Shown in pieces: positions 53,404-64,000 of a stretch of DNA of 64,000 nucleotides. Both the position numbers and the translations under genes were made by a program. This DNA comes from Malacoraja senta (lineage: Eukaryota), in NCBI GenBank assembly GCA_038087875.1, contig CM075990.1:17050001-17114000 (forward strand), written 5' to 3'. The number at the start of each line of letters is the position of its first letter. The first letter of the stretch is position 1. The notes under the pieces are model-generated. The model saw only the letters and a program-made list of their open reading frames with translations, was not told the origin of the DNA and did not search any database.

Positions 53404-54528
53404 CTGTGAGGATGATAAAGCAGAGTGTTAATGTTCAACTGGTTGACCCAGTGTTCATGTTCCTGACCCAAGACATGGTTAGAGGGTGGTGAATCTGTGG
53501 GCATTCATTGCCACAGATGGCGTGGAGGCCAAGTCAGTGGGTATGTTTAAAGCGGAGATTGATAGGTTCTTGATTAGTACGGGTGTCAGGGGTTATGGGG
53601 AGAAGGCAGGAGAATGGGGTTGAGAGGGTAAAATAACCCAGCCGTGATTGAATGGCGGAGTAGACTTGATGGGCCCAATGGCCTAATTCCACTCTTATGT
53701 CTTATTCATGTTCTCCACAGATGCTGCCTGACCCACCGAGTTACTCCAGCATTTGTGTTCTGTCCAGTGCTAATCCAAGAATCCTGTTAGGTACAACAGC
53801 AATGTCATTGCACCTACTCTTACAACCAAAATGAGGCAACGACTGTTGAGGATGTTGCCAGGACTCGAGGGCCTGCAGTATACGGAGAGGTTAGGACTTA
53901 TTCCTTGCTGTGCAGGAAGCGGATTTTATAGTTATATAAAATAATGAGGGGAATAGAGTGAATTATTATTTTACATTTGCATTTTACACAAAAAGTGATT
54001 CATTAGGAAATCATACATTGTTCGTCACTAAGGTCTGTTCAGTGTTTCCAGAACGTTGACTTGTCAGCGAGTCGTATGGCAGGGTAACAGGCCCTTTGGC
54101 CCAACTGGTCCATGATGTCCCATCTCAGCTAATCCTATTTAGTCGTACAGCATGAAAACAGGCCCCTTCACCCAACTTAACTATGCCCACAAGACACCCA
54201 TCTCAGCTAGTCCTATTTGGCCCTTTTGGCCCATATCATTCTAAACCTTTCCTATCCATGTACCTGTCCAAATATCTTTTAAATATTATTACAGTACCTG
54301 CCGCAACTACTTCCTCTAGCAGCTTGTTCCATACACCTACCACCCTCTGAGTGAAAATGTTGCCCTTCAGGTTCCAATCAAATCTTACCCCTCTCAGTTT
54401 AAACCTTTTCCCTCCAATTCTTGATTCCCTGCTGTGTTGTGTAGACCAGAATATACGGAGTCTTTTACACAGAGGAAGGCTGTGATAGCAGGCGGGAAGA
54501 GTAGTGACGCTGGTGGGAATCACCTTAC

Positions 54529-54690
54529 CTGGAGTAATGGCGAGATCCGGTGGTACTGGAAGAAGGTGATCCTGATGAGAACAGCAAAAGCAACTGCGCT
54601 GAAATACCCCCATATTCCCGAGGTGGCTGGCGATAACGAATATAATCGAGCTCAGAAACGCAGGGTAAAACAAGGTGCCATAGTACAGAC
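54529..54690 (-). CDS. Ankyrin-DHHC exon 7 (transmembrane segments; several 1-nt indels)
   Basis: GLYYGTLFYPAFLSSIIFVIASHLG / EYGGISAQLL / FAVLIRITFFQYHRIS; ttttag| and CAG|GTAAGG. Confidence 0.72.
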
Positions 54691-55835
54691 CTAAAAATAC
54701 AAAGAGCCTGTGTGGATTCATGTGCAGTAGATGAGAGTTGGCATCATGATGGCACAGGCATTGTGGGCCGAGGGCCTGTTCTTGTGCTGTACTGTTCTAT
54801 GTTCTATGATTCCTCACACAAGTCATTTGTATAAGATGTTTCTGGGCCAGACTAGTTCCAGAATGATTCAGATTATATCTTATGTTGTTACTCTTGCATT
54901 TATGATGAATAGTTGTGGAAGCACACAGTCCATCACACAAACCAGCCTCCCCCCCCCCCGGCCAATTGACTCCATCTACACCATGCTGTCTCTGGAGAGC
55001 GGTCAACATAATGATGCATAATTTTCACCCTGGTCACTGGGGGTGAAGGGAGATTGCAACCTTCACGTGGTCCGCCCAGTGTCAACAAATGCAATCAACC
55101 CGGCGTGCACAAACAAATAAGATCAAATACAACAAGTTGTCCTACAACTTTAGGCTGTGCACGCCACACGCAAGAAGAAGAAGACCCTGGTCACTCCCTC
55201 TTCCCGCATCTATTGCTGGGCAAACGGTACAAAAGCTTGAAGGCACGTACCTCCAGATTCTGGAACAACCTCTTCCCTATTGTTTTCAGACAATTGAATG
55301 GACCTCTCATAAGTTAAGGGTGTAGTTCTGACCTTCCAACCCAACTCATTGCAGCCTTTGTACCTTTTTCCCGCACATTCAGCAACTGTAACACTATATT
55401 CTTCACTTGGTTGTTTTTTTCTCTTTTCTCTGCCTGTTGTGCCTTGTGTAAGGCTTGGTTGAAATCATACTTCATATGTTCATAAGTTCTTGGTGCAGAA
55501 TAAGGCCATTCGGTCCATCACGTCTACTCCGCCATTCAATCATGGCTGATCTATCTACCCTCTCTACCCCCGTTCTCCCCATAACCCTCTGACATCCTCA
55601 TGTACGGTATGGATTGAGTGGCTAACACACAAAGAAAGTGACGAGAATAAATCAATACCAATGAGAATCAGAGTCCACCTTCAACTTGAAATGCTGCCTT
55701 ACTGGTCGGCAGCGATCATTGACTGCGCACAAAATAGACACACAGAAATTGTTATTACTGGCCAGCATAATTCACAATGCAGCTAACTTCCAATAAACAA
55801 AGCATTTATGTTACTAAAGCCTTAAAACAATTTAC

Positions 55836-55908
55836 CAATTGGCTCTTGGGCTTCCCAGTCTGTGCGTTCTTATTATATTCAGTCAAAATCTTTGCAACTT
55901 CCTGGTGT
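55836..55908 (-). CDS. Ankyrin-DHHC exon 6
   Basis: HQEVAKILTEYNKNAQTGKPK, the end of the last ankyrin repeat; cttacag| and TTG|GTAAAT; 1-nt phase discrepancy with exon 7. Confidence 0.75.
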
Positions 55909-56264
55909 CTGTAAGAAACAAATAATAAACCAGGGAACAGTATCAATAACAGTGTGAGGGAGTTTCTCATTTCTACGAGTCTAGGAATAAGAGCTGACAT
56001 ACCCCATGCACCCCAGGAAAAACTTCTTCACCCCAGAGAGTTGTGAATCTGTGGAATTCCCTGCCACAGGAGGCAGTGGAGGTCATTTCACTGGATGTAT
56101 TCAAGAGAGAGTTAGATTTAGCTCTTTGGGGTAATGGAATCAAGGACTATGGGGAGAACAGGAACAGGGAACTGATTTTGGATGATCAGCCATGATCATA
56201 TTGAATGGCGGTCGGTGCTGGCTCGAAGGGCCGAATGGCCTGCTCCTGCACCTATTTTCTTAAA

Positions 56265-56850
56265 GAACCTTGTGTTTCCCCCAGACATTGTGACTATAAC
56301 ACTCTGGCCAGACATGGTCCTGTGGACCACAACAGGCAAGTTGGCGTATATTGTGGAAGTGACAGTTCGATGGGAAGACGGTGTTGAAGAATCTTATGAG
56401 ACCAAGTACTTTGAACTGGCAACTGAAGCTGCCCAGAATGGCTGGAAGACCAAGGTTTTCCCTGTAGGTGTGGGATGCAGGGGATTTGTTGCTACATCTA
56501 CGACCAGTCCATTGAAGAAATTGGGGTGAGGGGTCGCTCCCTCAAACAAGCAATCAAGCCATTGTCAAATTCAGCAGAAAAAAAGCAGCAATTGGCTTTG
56601 GATGAAAAGGAAAGACAACAATTGGGCTGCAAGACGAAGACAGGAGGGTATGGAATTGAGGGGGGGGGTGTAATTGGGATGCCAGGTATCACCGTTGAGC
56701 CATCAGGAGACGCTGTGGGCTTATCAATGAAAAGTCAAAGAAGGGTGCCCACCTGAAGACCCCGATGACATACCTACCCCACCTTTAACCACGGCAATAT
56801 CAAGAGGGCTGACTTACTACAGGGATTGAAACCTCAAGTCCAATTAGCTC
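56265..56850 (+). mobile_element. RLE-clade (HERO/NeSL-like) non-LTR retrotransposon 3' fragment
   Basis: PDMVLW...YIVEVTVRWEDGVEESYE...GWKTKVFPVGVGCRGFV, a PD-(D/E)xK restriction-like endonuclease pattern. Confidence 0.72.
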
Positions 56851-56890
56851 TACATTAAACAACTAATATAAACCAAAACTGCAGGTGAAC

Positions 56891-57070
56891 CTGTGTGTTT
56901 TCCCTCGCTTGGCCAACTCCAGCTGGGGTGAGTCCATCTTTATTTTGCAGCTGCAGGTTGGAGGTCCCAGTCTTGGCCAGCAGCAGCCAGCAGATGGCCA
57001 CCGAACCTGTGTGAGCTGCCACGTGCAAGGGAGTCATTCCCCAGGTGTCAATCTCGGCCGCACAGCACCT
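56891..57070 (-). CDS. Ankyrin-DHHC exon 5 (1-nt indel near the 3' end)
   Basis: RCCAAEIDTWGMTPLHVAAHTGSVAICWLLLAKTGTSNLQLQNKDGLTP / LELAKRGKTHR; ttacag| acceptor. Confidence 0.85.
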
Positions 57071-57114
57071 CTGTAAACAAACACACAATGTTGGTGCCGT
57101 GCCGACACAAGCAA

Positions 57115-57740
57115 CAATACTTGCATTTATTACGAGGACTGGAATACAAAAACAGGGATGTAACGCTCAGGCTTCAGGTCACAGGCGCTGGTCGGAGTGC
57201 ATTTGGAGTATTGTGAGCAATTTTGCGCCTCATATCTGAGGAAGGATGTGCTGGCTCTGGAGGGGGTCCACAGGAGGTTTACGAGAATTACCCCTTAATG
57301 AGTCGGGAAACATATGATGAGCGTTTGACGGCACTGGGCTGCACTCGCCGGGAGTTTAGAAGGACAAGGGGGGGGACCCTCATTGAAACTTTCCGAAAAG
57401 GACCTGGACAGAATGGATGTGGAGAAGATGTTTCCACTGGTGGGACAGCTTAGAACTAGATGTCATAGCTTCAGTATAAAAGGCTGTTCTTTAAGTAGGA
57501 GATGAGGAGAATTTCTTTAGTCAGAGGGTGGCGAATATGTGGGAATTCATTGCTACAGAATGCTGTGGAGGCCGTCAATGGATACTTTAAGGCAGAGATA
57601 GAAAAAATCTTTATTAGTACGTGTGTCAGGGGTTATGGGAGAAGGCAGGAGAATAGGGGTAGAAGCAAAGATAGATCAGCCATGATTGAATGGTGGAGTA
57701 GACTTGATGGGCTGAATGGCCCAATTCTACTCCTATCACA
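57115..57740 (+). mobile_element. CR1-clade LINE 3' fragment, frameshifted
   Basis: Same family as 7840-8480 at the DNA level. Confidence 0.8.
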
Positions 57741-58341
57741 AAAAACCCCTACAGATGCTGGAATCTTGCGTAGAGTACAAAGTGCTGGAGTAACTCACAG
57801 GTCTGGCAGCATCTCTGGAGGACGTGGATGGAGTCATAGTCATGAAGCACGGAACATGCCCTTGGACCCAATGCCCTTGCCGACCAAGATGCCCCATCTA
57901 CACGTCCCACCAGCCCATGTTTGGCCCAAATCCCTCCAAACGTTCCCTATCCATGTACCTGTAGAAAATGATGGACGTGGATGGGCAACGTTTCTGGTCA
58001 GGATTCTTCTTTAGACTGAAGTGAGTCAGAGCACAGTGTTAGTATAGTGCCTTTGATTCTTCATTCTCTCTCCGTCTCATGTAGAGGATCAAGAGTCGGA
58101 GCAAGAGGCACCTCCACCTTTCGTTCTAGCTTTTATAATGAGGACCAGAATACAAAAACAGGGATGTAACGCTGAGGCTTCAGGTCAGAGGTGCTGGTCG
58201 GAGTGTATTTGGAGTATTGTGAGCAATTTTGCGCCACATATCTGAGAAAGGATGTGCTGGCTCTGGAGGGGGGCTTCTAGCTAGTCCTCTAGCTTCGTGT
58301 CCTGTGTTGAGGAACCCTCTTCTTATCAAAACATCACTCAC

Positions 58342-58474
58342 CATTCCTCTCAGCAAATATTTCACAACGTCCTCGTTACCGATGGAAGTGGCGATGTGCA
58401 GAGGTGTTTGCAGGAACTTGTCCGAGTCAAGGAAGCTGAAGTGACCCATCTCCTCCAGGTAGCGGATGGCGGCT
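58342..58474 (-). CDS. Ankyrin-DHHC exon 4
   Basis: AAIRYLEEMGHFSFLDSDKFLQTPLHIATSIGNEDVVKYLLRGM; ctccag| and ATG|GTGAGT. Confidence 0.9.
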
Positions 58475-58598
58475 CTGGAGATAAGAGGCAGCAGAATGAC
58501 AAGCTGGCCCGAGTCATGGAGCGTTTGCTTCCAAGGGACGTTGCAACATGCCAAGTTAGACACGCAAACCACACCACACCTCCCCAATGCTCACGTAC

Positions 58599-58709
58599 AT
58601 GCAGCCACCAGACACTGCCTGGTGCAGCGCTGTCTTCCCTTGGCGATCCAGCAACATAACATCTGCTCCATTCTTCACCATCCGGTCCATTATGTAGACA
58701 TCCCCACGT
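58599..58709 (-). CDS. Ankyrin-DHHC exon 3
   Basis: RGDVYIMDRMVKNGADVMLLDRQGKTALHQAVSGGC, an ankyrin consensus; ttcag| and AT|GTACGT; phase 2/2. Confidence 0.88.
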
Positions 58710-59709
58710 CTGAAGTAGTTAAGCAAGGAAAGACACTGCCGTTAATCACACAATATAATGGAAGACACATTTGGGATCAGCGCAGATAGGCTGCTTCTGC
58801 TGGGATGAAGAGAACAAAGCCTATTAATAACATTTTGACATCAATGGTGATGTTGGGAGTCATTTCTTCACACAAAGAGTGGGGGGGGGGGGGGGGATTC
58901 ACAACACCTTCCTTAAGAATCAGATACTGAAGATAGACGCAAAATGCTGGAGAGACCCTTCTTCAGACCCGAAACGTCACACATTCCTTCTCTCCAGAGA
59001 TGCTGCCTGTCCTGCTGAGTCACTCCAGCGTTTTGCGTCTATCTTCAGTGTAAACCAGTTCCTTCCTAAAAAAGCTATGGAAGTTTATTGTGGGAAGCCA
59101 GGCCCTGGGAAAGAGGGGGGGTCGAGAGGGAGGAGGGCGACACCATAGTGTCGTACAGCACAGAATCAGGCTTTGTTTGCAGTAAGGACTTTGGGTTTTT
59201 TTTGCAGTAGTTTTGGGGTTATTAATTTATTGGATGTTGTTGCTTACATATAATCTGTACGTGTTCTGTTACAGGCCCTGTTCACAATTCATTCTTCCAT
59301 TGTCGGTGCATATATATAACAATTAAACTCATGACTTCACTCTTGAACACATCCTTCGGTCCAACTAGGGTTTATACGTTCTCCCTGACCACGTGGGTTT
59401 CCTCCGGGTGCACAGGTTTCCTCCAACATTCCAAAGACGTGCAGGTAGGTTAGTTGGCCTCTGTAAAATTGTAAATTGTACCTAGTGTATGGGATGATCG
59501 CTGGTTGGCGATTCGGTGGACCGAAGGCATGTTTCCACACTGTATCTCTGGACTAAACTAAACTATGGGGCGTAGCTTTAAGGTGAGAGGGCAGGGTTAA
59601 AAGAGATGTGTGGAGCAAGATTTTTTTTTTTTACACAGAGGGCGGTGGTGGGTGCCTGAGGTGGTGGTGGACCCAGATACAACAGAAGGATTTTGGATAG
59701 GTCCACAAA

Positions 59710-60980
59710 GCTTTAAAACTGAATAATATACCACTATGTCTTCCCATTTTAAATAATCCTCTATTCAAGCCATCCATATTGGATAGAGGGTTTTATACAA
59801 TGGAAAAATCATGGAATTAAAGGATTGGACATCTTTATAGGGAAGGCATCTTTCTGTCATTTCAAGAGTTACAACAGAATCATGGACTACACTCAAAATA
59901 ACTTTTTCAGATATTTACAAATTAGAGATTATGTTAAATCCAATACACAAGTTTAATAGGACTGCAGGACTAGGGAACCAGAAATTTTTGATGAATGTTT
60001 GAATAAGCATCCTAACACTGAAAAATTAATAGCTTATATTTATAACATTCTCTTAAATAATGAGGAACTACCGATGGAACTATATAGACATAAATGGGAA
60101 AATGAGTTAGGTTATCCTATTACGAAAGATATTTGGGACGAAAGTTTACAACATATACATCAATGTTCGTTAAATGCCAGACATGCTTTAATACAATTTA
60201 AAGTCTTACACAGATTACATTATTCCAAAATAAAACTAAATAGAATTTTCCCACATATTTCTCCTATATGTGATAAATGCCTGCATCTAGAGGCCAATTT
60301 AACACATACCTTTGCAAATTGTATAAAAATTAAAAATTACTGGACTGATATTTTTCAAATAATCTCTGAAGTTGTTAATACCAAACTAGCTCCAGATTCA
60401 AAATTAATAATACTTGGGATATCAGAACAAAGTTTAACACTCACAACAAGCCAAAGAAACTTCCTTGACTACAGTATAATAACAGGGAAAAAATTAATAT
60501 TAAAATTCTGGAAAGGCCCTACAACCCCCACAATTAAAATGTGGATTGTGGAAATGTCGGAGACCCTACATCTAGAAAGAATTAGACTCGTCTTAATGGA
60601 CAAGCAAGAACTTTTTGTTAAAATATGGGCTCCATTCATTGCCTATTTGAAGGGATAGAGTGGCCCAGCGCGAAAGCCGGACTGAAGCTTGAACTCAGGA
60701 TTAGATGTAATTATATTTCATAACCTACGAACTTATCTCCTATGACGTATTATAAGTAATTAATTCCACCTTTTTTTCTTTTTTGATATTGAAATTCTTC
60801 TTTCTTTCTCTCTATTTTTCTTTTTCTATCTATATAAAAAAAACACTAGAAGCAGAATTAACTGACAATTGACAAATTTAATAATGTATGAATGATTGAT
60901 GTATATGAAAAGTTTTTTCTTCTATTCTATTATAATATGTTACTCTACACTGTAATATGTTTGCTTCTAATAAAAATTTA
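59710..60980 (+). mobile_element. L1/Tx1-clade LINE 3' end (ORF2 C-terminus, 3' UTR, poly-A signal)
   Basis: ORF 59999-60658: IQFKVLHRLHYS...CDKCLHLEANLTHTFANC (CCHC knuckle)...FVKIWAPF; AATAAAAA near 60968. Confidence 0.88.
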
Positions 60981-61317
60981 TATCACACAAAGTGCTGGAG
61001 TAACTCAGCGGGTCAGGCAGCATCTGTGGAGAACATGTATAGGTGACATTTTAAACGGGATCTTTCAGAAGGGTCCTAACCCGAAACATTACCTATCCAT
61101 GTTCTCCAGAGATGTTGCCTGACCAGTTGAACTACTCCAGCACTCTGTGTCTACTGTATCTTTGGTATAAACCAGCATCTGCAGTTCTTGTGTCTACTGT
61201 ATCTTTGGTATAACCAGCATCTGCAGTTCTTTGTTTCTACATCGCCTTTCCATGTTGTCCAGTGAGGCTGCCTGACTCGCTGAGTTACTACAGCAATTTG
61301 GGAGTTTGCCGACTCAC

Positions 61318-61451
61318 CTGCAGGCAAAGTGAAAGGGTGTCTCTCAGCATCGTTCGGAGGTGGTGTCTGCCCCAAGGTCCAGCAGTAGATAGGCCAAGTC
61401 CATGTGGCCACATAAGTGCAGCGTGGTGCAGCGGTGTGAAACCATTCCAAC
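61318..61451 (-). CDS. Ankyrin-DHHC exon 2 (ankyrin repeat; contains 1-nt indels)
   Basis: GWNGFTPLHHAAL / CGHMDLAYLLLDLGADT / PNDA / ETPFHFACR spread over three frames; ccaag| acceptor and CAG|GTGAGT donor. Confidence 0.8.
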
Positions 61452-61564
61452 CTTGGGAGGACATCAACACAAAGAACAATGAATGCACAGAGCGGGAAGA
61501 AGCAAACTCTTGGCCACAGGTCAACCAGTTCCTCAGCTCTGACAGCGAGTGACCAACTGACTTG

Positions 61565-61815
61565 GGCCTCACAGCGCCAGAGAACCCAGGTTCCATCCTG
61601 ACTACGGGTGCTGTCTGTACGGAGTTTGCACGTTCTCCCCGTGACCCGCGTGGGTTTCCTCCCACACTCCAAAGACGTGCAGGTTTGTAGGTTAATTGGT
61701 TTGGTGTAAAATTGTCCCTAGTGTGTATAGGGTAGTGTCAGTGTGCGGGGATCACTGGTCGGTGCGGACTCGGTGGCCGAACGGTCTGTTTCCGTGCTGT
61801 ATTACTAAACTGAAA
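61565..61815 (+). mobile_element. tRNA-derived SINE (HE1/V-SINE-like)
   Basis: Same core and tail as the other copies. Confidence 0.75.
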
Positions 61816-62261
61816 CTGACCCCCAACCCATTACAAGGAGCGTGAGGCCAAAGAGCAGAGTTAAGGTCAGCTAATTCATCGATTGTTGACGGTCTCCCAA
61901 CTAGAAATGGGACGGGTAAAGATCAGTCAGGTAGAAACAATATGCTAGAGAGATGGACATAATGTGCTGGAGTAACTCAGCGGGTCAGGCAGCATCTGTG
62001 AGAACATGGATAGGGTGACGTTTCAGTTTAGGTCCCTTCTTCAGCTGCGACCCGAAACATCATCTATCCATGTTCACCAGAGGTGCTGCCTGACCCGCTG
62101 AGTTACTCCAGCACTTTGTGTCTCTTTTTTTGTAAACCAGCACTGCAGTTCCTTGTTTCTACACACAGCTTATCTTGTTGGGTGGGTATGTCCAATAACA
62201 ACATCTGGCCTTCCTCATCGGATGAAGAACAATGGCAACTAATCGACAGATACAGGGAGGA

Positions 62262-62645
62262 GAGGGGTGGGGGGAGAGGGGAGAGAGAGTGTGGTGGAGG
62301 GAAGAGAGTGGGGGGGGGGTGGAGGAAGAGAGTGGGGGGGGGAAGGAAGAGAGTGGGGGGGGGTGTGAAGAGTGGGGGGGGTGTGGAAGAGAGTGGGGGG
62401 GGTGTGAAGAGAGTGGGGGGGTGTGTAGAGAGAGTGGGGGGGGGTTGTGAAGAGAGTGGGGGGGGGAGGAAGAGAGAGTGGGGGAGGGGACCAGGGACGG
62501 GCCTACTCGGTGCGGGGGCAGCCCTTGCCCCGGGGGTGAAGACATGGGGAGGGAGGGAGGGTGTCCGTGTCCGTGTCCGTGTCCGTGACCGTGTCCGTGA
62601 CCGTGACCGTGACCGTGTCCGTGTCCGTGACCGTGTCCGTGACCC
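62262..62645. repeat. G-rich (GAGAGTGGGGGGG)n and hexamer (GTCCGT/GACCGT)n repeats in ankyrin-DHHC intron 1
   Basis: Directly visible at about 62262-62490 and 62562-62644. Confidence 0.9.
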
Positions 62646-62648
62646 TAC

Positions 62649-62772
62649 CTGGGGTGTGGAGCAGGCTGGGGTCCCGCTGTAGACAGCGGCCACACTGATG
62701 AGGGTCTCCGGTCCGCAACGCCTGGGCCAGGCCGGCGGCTCCCGGGTGGGGGCGGGGGGATGGCGGCTGCAT
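62649..62772 (-). CDS. Ankyrin-repeat DHHC palmitoyltransferase, putative exon 1
   Basis: ATG 62772; MQPPSPRPHPGAAGLAQALRTGDPHQCGRCLQRDPSLLHTP(G) resembles an ankyrin N-cap; donor CAG|GTAGGG, phase 1, fits exon 2; GC/CpG-rich. Confidence 0.65.
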
Positions 62773-62973
62773 CGGACCGGGGACACACACACACCTCCCT
62801 CTCCTCCCTCTCCTCCCTCTCCTCCCTCCCCCTCTTCTCTCTTCTCTCTTCTCTCTTCTCTCCCCTTCTCCCCCTCCCGCTTCACACAGCAGTATCTTTG
62901 GAGCAGATGATCCGCAAATTTATTGTTTGCCGAACGGTGCCCGCGATAATCAGCACTCGGTCGGGCGGAGAAT

Positions 62974-63556
62974 NNNNNNNNNNNNNNNNNNNNNNNNNNN
63001 NNNNNNNNNNNNNNNNNNNNNNNNNNNNNNNNNNNNNNNNNNNNNNNNNNNNNNNNNNNNNNNNNNNNNNNNNNNNNNNNNNNNNNNNNNNNNNNNNNNN
63101 NNNNNNNNNNNNNNNNNNNNNNNNNNNNNNNNNNNNNNNNNNNNNNNNNNNNNNNNNNNNNNNNNNNNNNNNNNNNNNNNNNNNNNNNNNNNNNNNNNNN
63201 NNNNNNNNNNNNNNNNNNNNNNNNNNNNNNNNNNNNNNNNNNNNNNNNNNNNNNNNNNNNNNNNNNNNNNNNNNNNNNNNNNNNNNNNNNNNNNNNNNNN
63301 NNNNNNNNNNNNNNNNNNNNNNNNNNNNNNNNNNNNNNNNNNNNNNNNNNNNNNNNNNNNNNNNNNNNNNNNNNNNNNNNNNNNNNNNNNNNNNNNNNNN
63401 NNNNNNNNNNNNNNNNNNNNNNNNNNNNNNNNNNNNNNNNNNNNNNNNNNNNNNNNNNNNNNNNNNNNNNNNNNNNNNNNNNNNNNNNNNNNNNNNNNNN
63501 NNNNNNNNNNNNNNNNNNNNNNNNNNNNNNNNNNNNNNNNNNNNNNNNNNNNNNNN
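62974..63556. other. Assembly gap (N run)
   Basis: N bases. Confidence 1.
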
Positions 63557-64000
63557 GACTAGACTAGAGTAGAGTAGAGTAGAGTAGACTAGACTAGAGT
63601 AGACTNNNNNNNNNNNNNNNNNNNNNNNNNNNNNNNNNNNNNNNNNNNNNNNNNNNNNNNNNNNNNNNNNNNNNNNNNNNNNNNNNNNNNNNNNNNNNNN
63701 NNNNNNNNNNNNNNNNNNNNNNNNNNNNNNNNNNNNNNNNNNNNNNNNNNNNNNNNNNNNNNNNNNNNNNNNNNNNNNNNNNNNNNNNNNNNNNNNNNNN
63801 NNNNNNNNNNNNNNNNNNNNNNNNNNNNNNNNNNNNCTAGACCAGACTAGAAGACTAGACTAGGACTAGACTAGACTAGACTACACTAGACTACACTAGA
63901 CTAGACTAGACTAGACTAGACTTACACTAGACTAGACCAGACTAGACTAGACTAGACTAGACTACACTAGACTAGACTAACACTAGACTAGACCAGACTA
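63557..64000. repeat. (GACTA)n / (GAGTA)n pentanucleotide satellite interrupted by a gap
   Basis: Visible at 63557-63605 and 63837-64000. Confidence 0.95.
63606..63836. other. Assembly gap (N run)
   Basis: N bases. Confidence 1.

Noticed and set aside
48884-62772. Assigning the symbol ZDHHC13 or ZDHHC17
   Set aside because: Domain architecture matches but the sequence is not recognisably orthologous; needs a phylogeny
62083-63572. Long ORFs near and across the gap
   Set aside because: Low-complexity repeats or N runs translated as X
63557-64000. Possible telomeric repeat
   Set aside because: Unit is GACTA, not vertebrate TTAGGG; treated as a simple satellite

Overview
Vertebrate genomic DNA. 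The repeat families (tRNA-headed HE1/V-SINE-like SINEs, CR1, Penelope, Rex/Babar) suggest a cartilaginous fish, probably a skate or ray; this is inference. Three spliced protein-coding genes lie on the minus strand. (1) CHCHD1: 3 exons, 11042-6909, 122 aa, intact. (2) FUT11: 3 exons, 44520-27978. Exon 1 carries about 250 aa of coding minisatellite and one 1-nt homopolymer frameshift, and its splice donor is amplified into 15 in-frame 33-bp tandem copies. (3) An ankyrin-repeat + DHHC palmitoyltransferase (Akr1/ZDHHC13/17-like architecture): 10 exons, 62772-48884, with a clear minor-spliceosome AT-AC intron and several 1-nt indels that are either assembly errors or recent pseudogenisation. The rest is dense in transposon debris: CR1, L1/Tx1, Rex/Babar, RTE and RLE-type LINE fragments, SINEs, MITEs, and many Penelope-derived short and foldback elements carrying minimal hammerhead-ribozyme-like motifs and target-site duplications. 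The window ends in two N gaps with a (GACTA)n satellite. All coordinates and translations were worked out by hand; no database searches were run.
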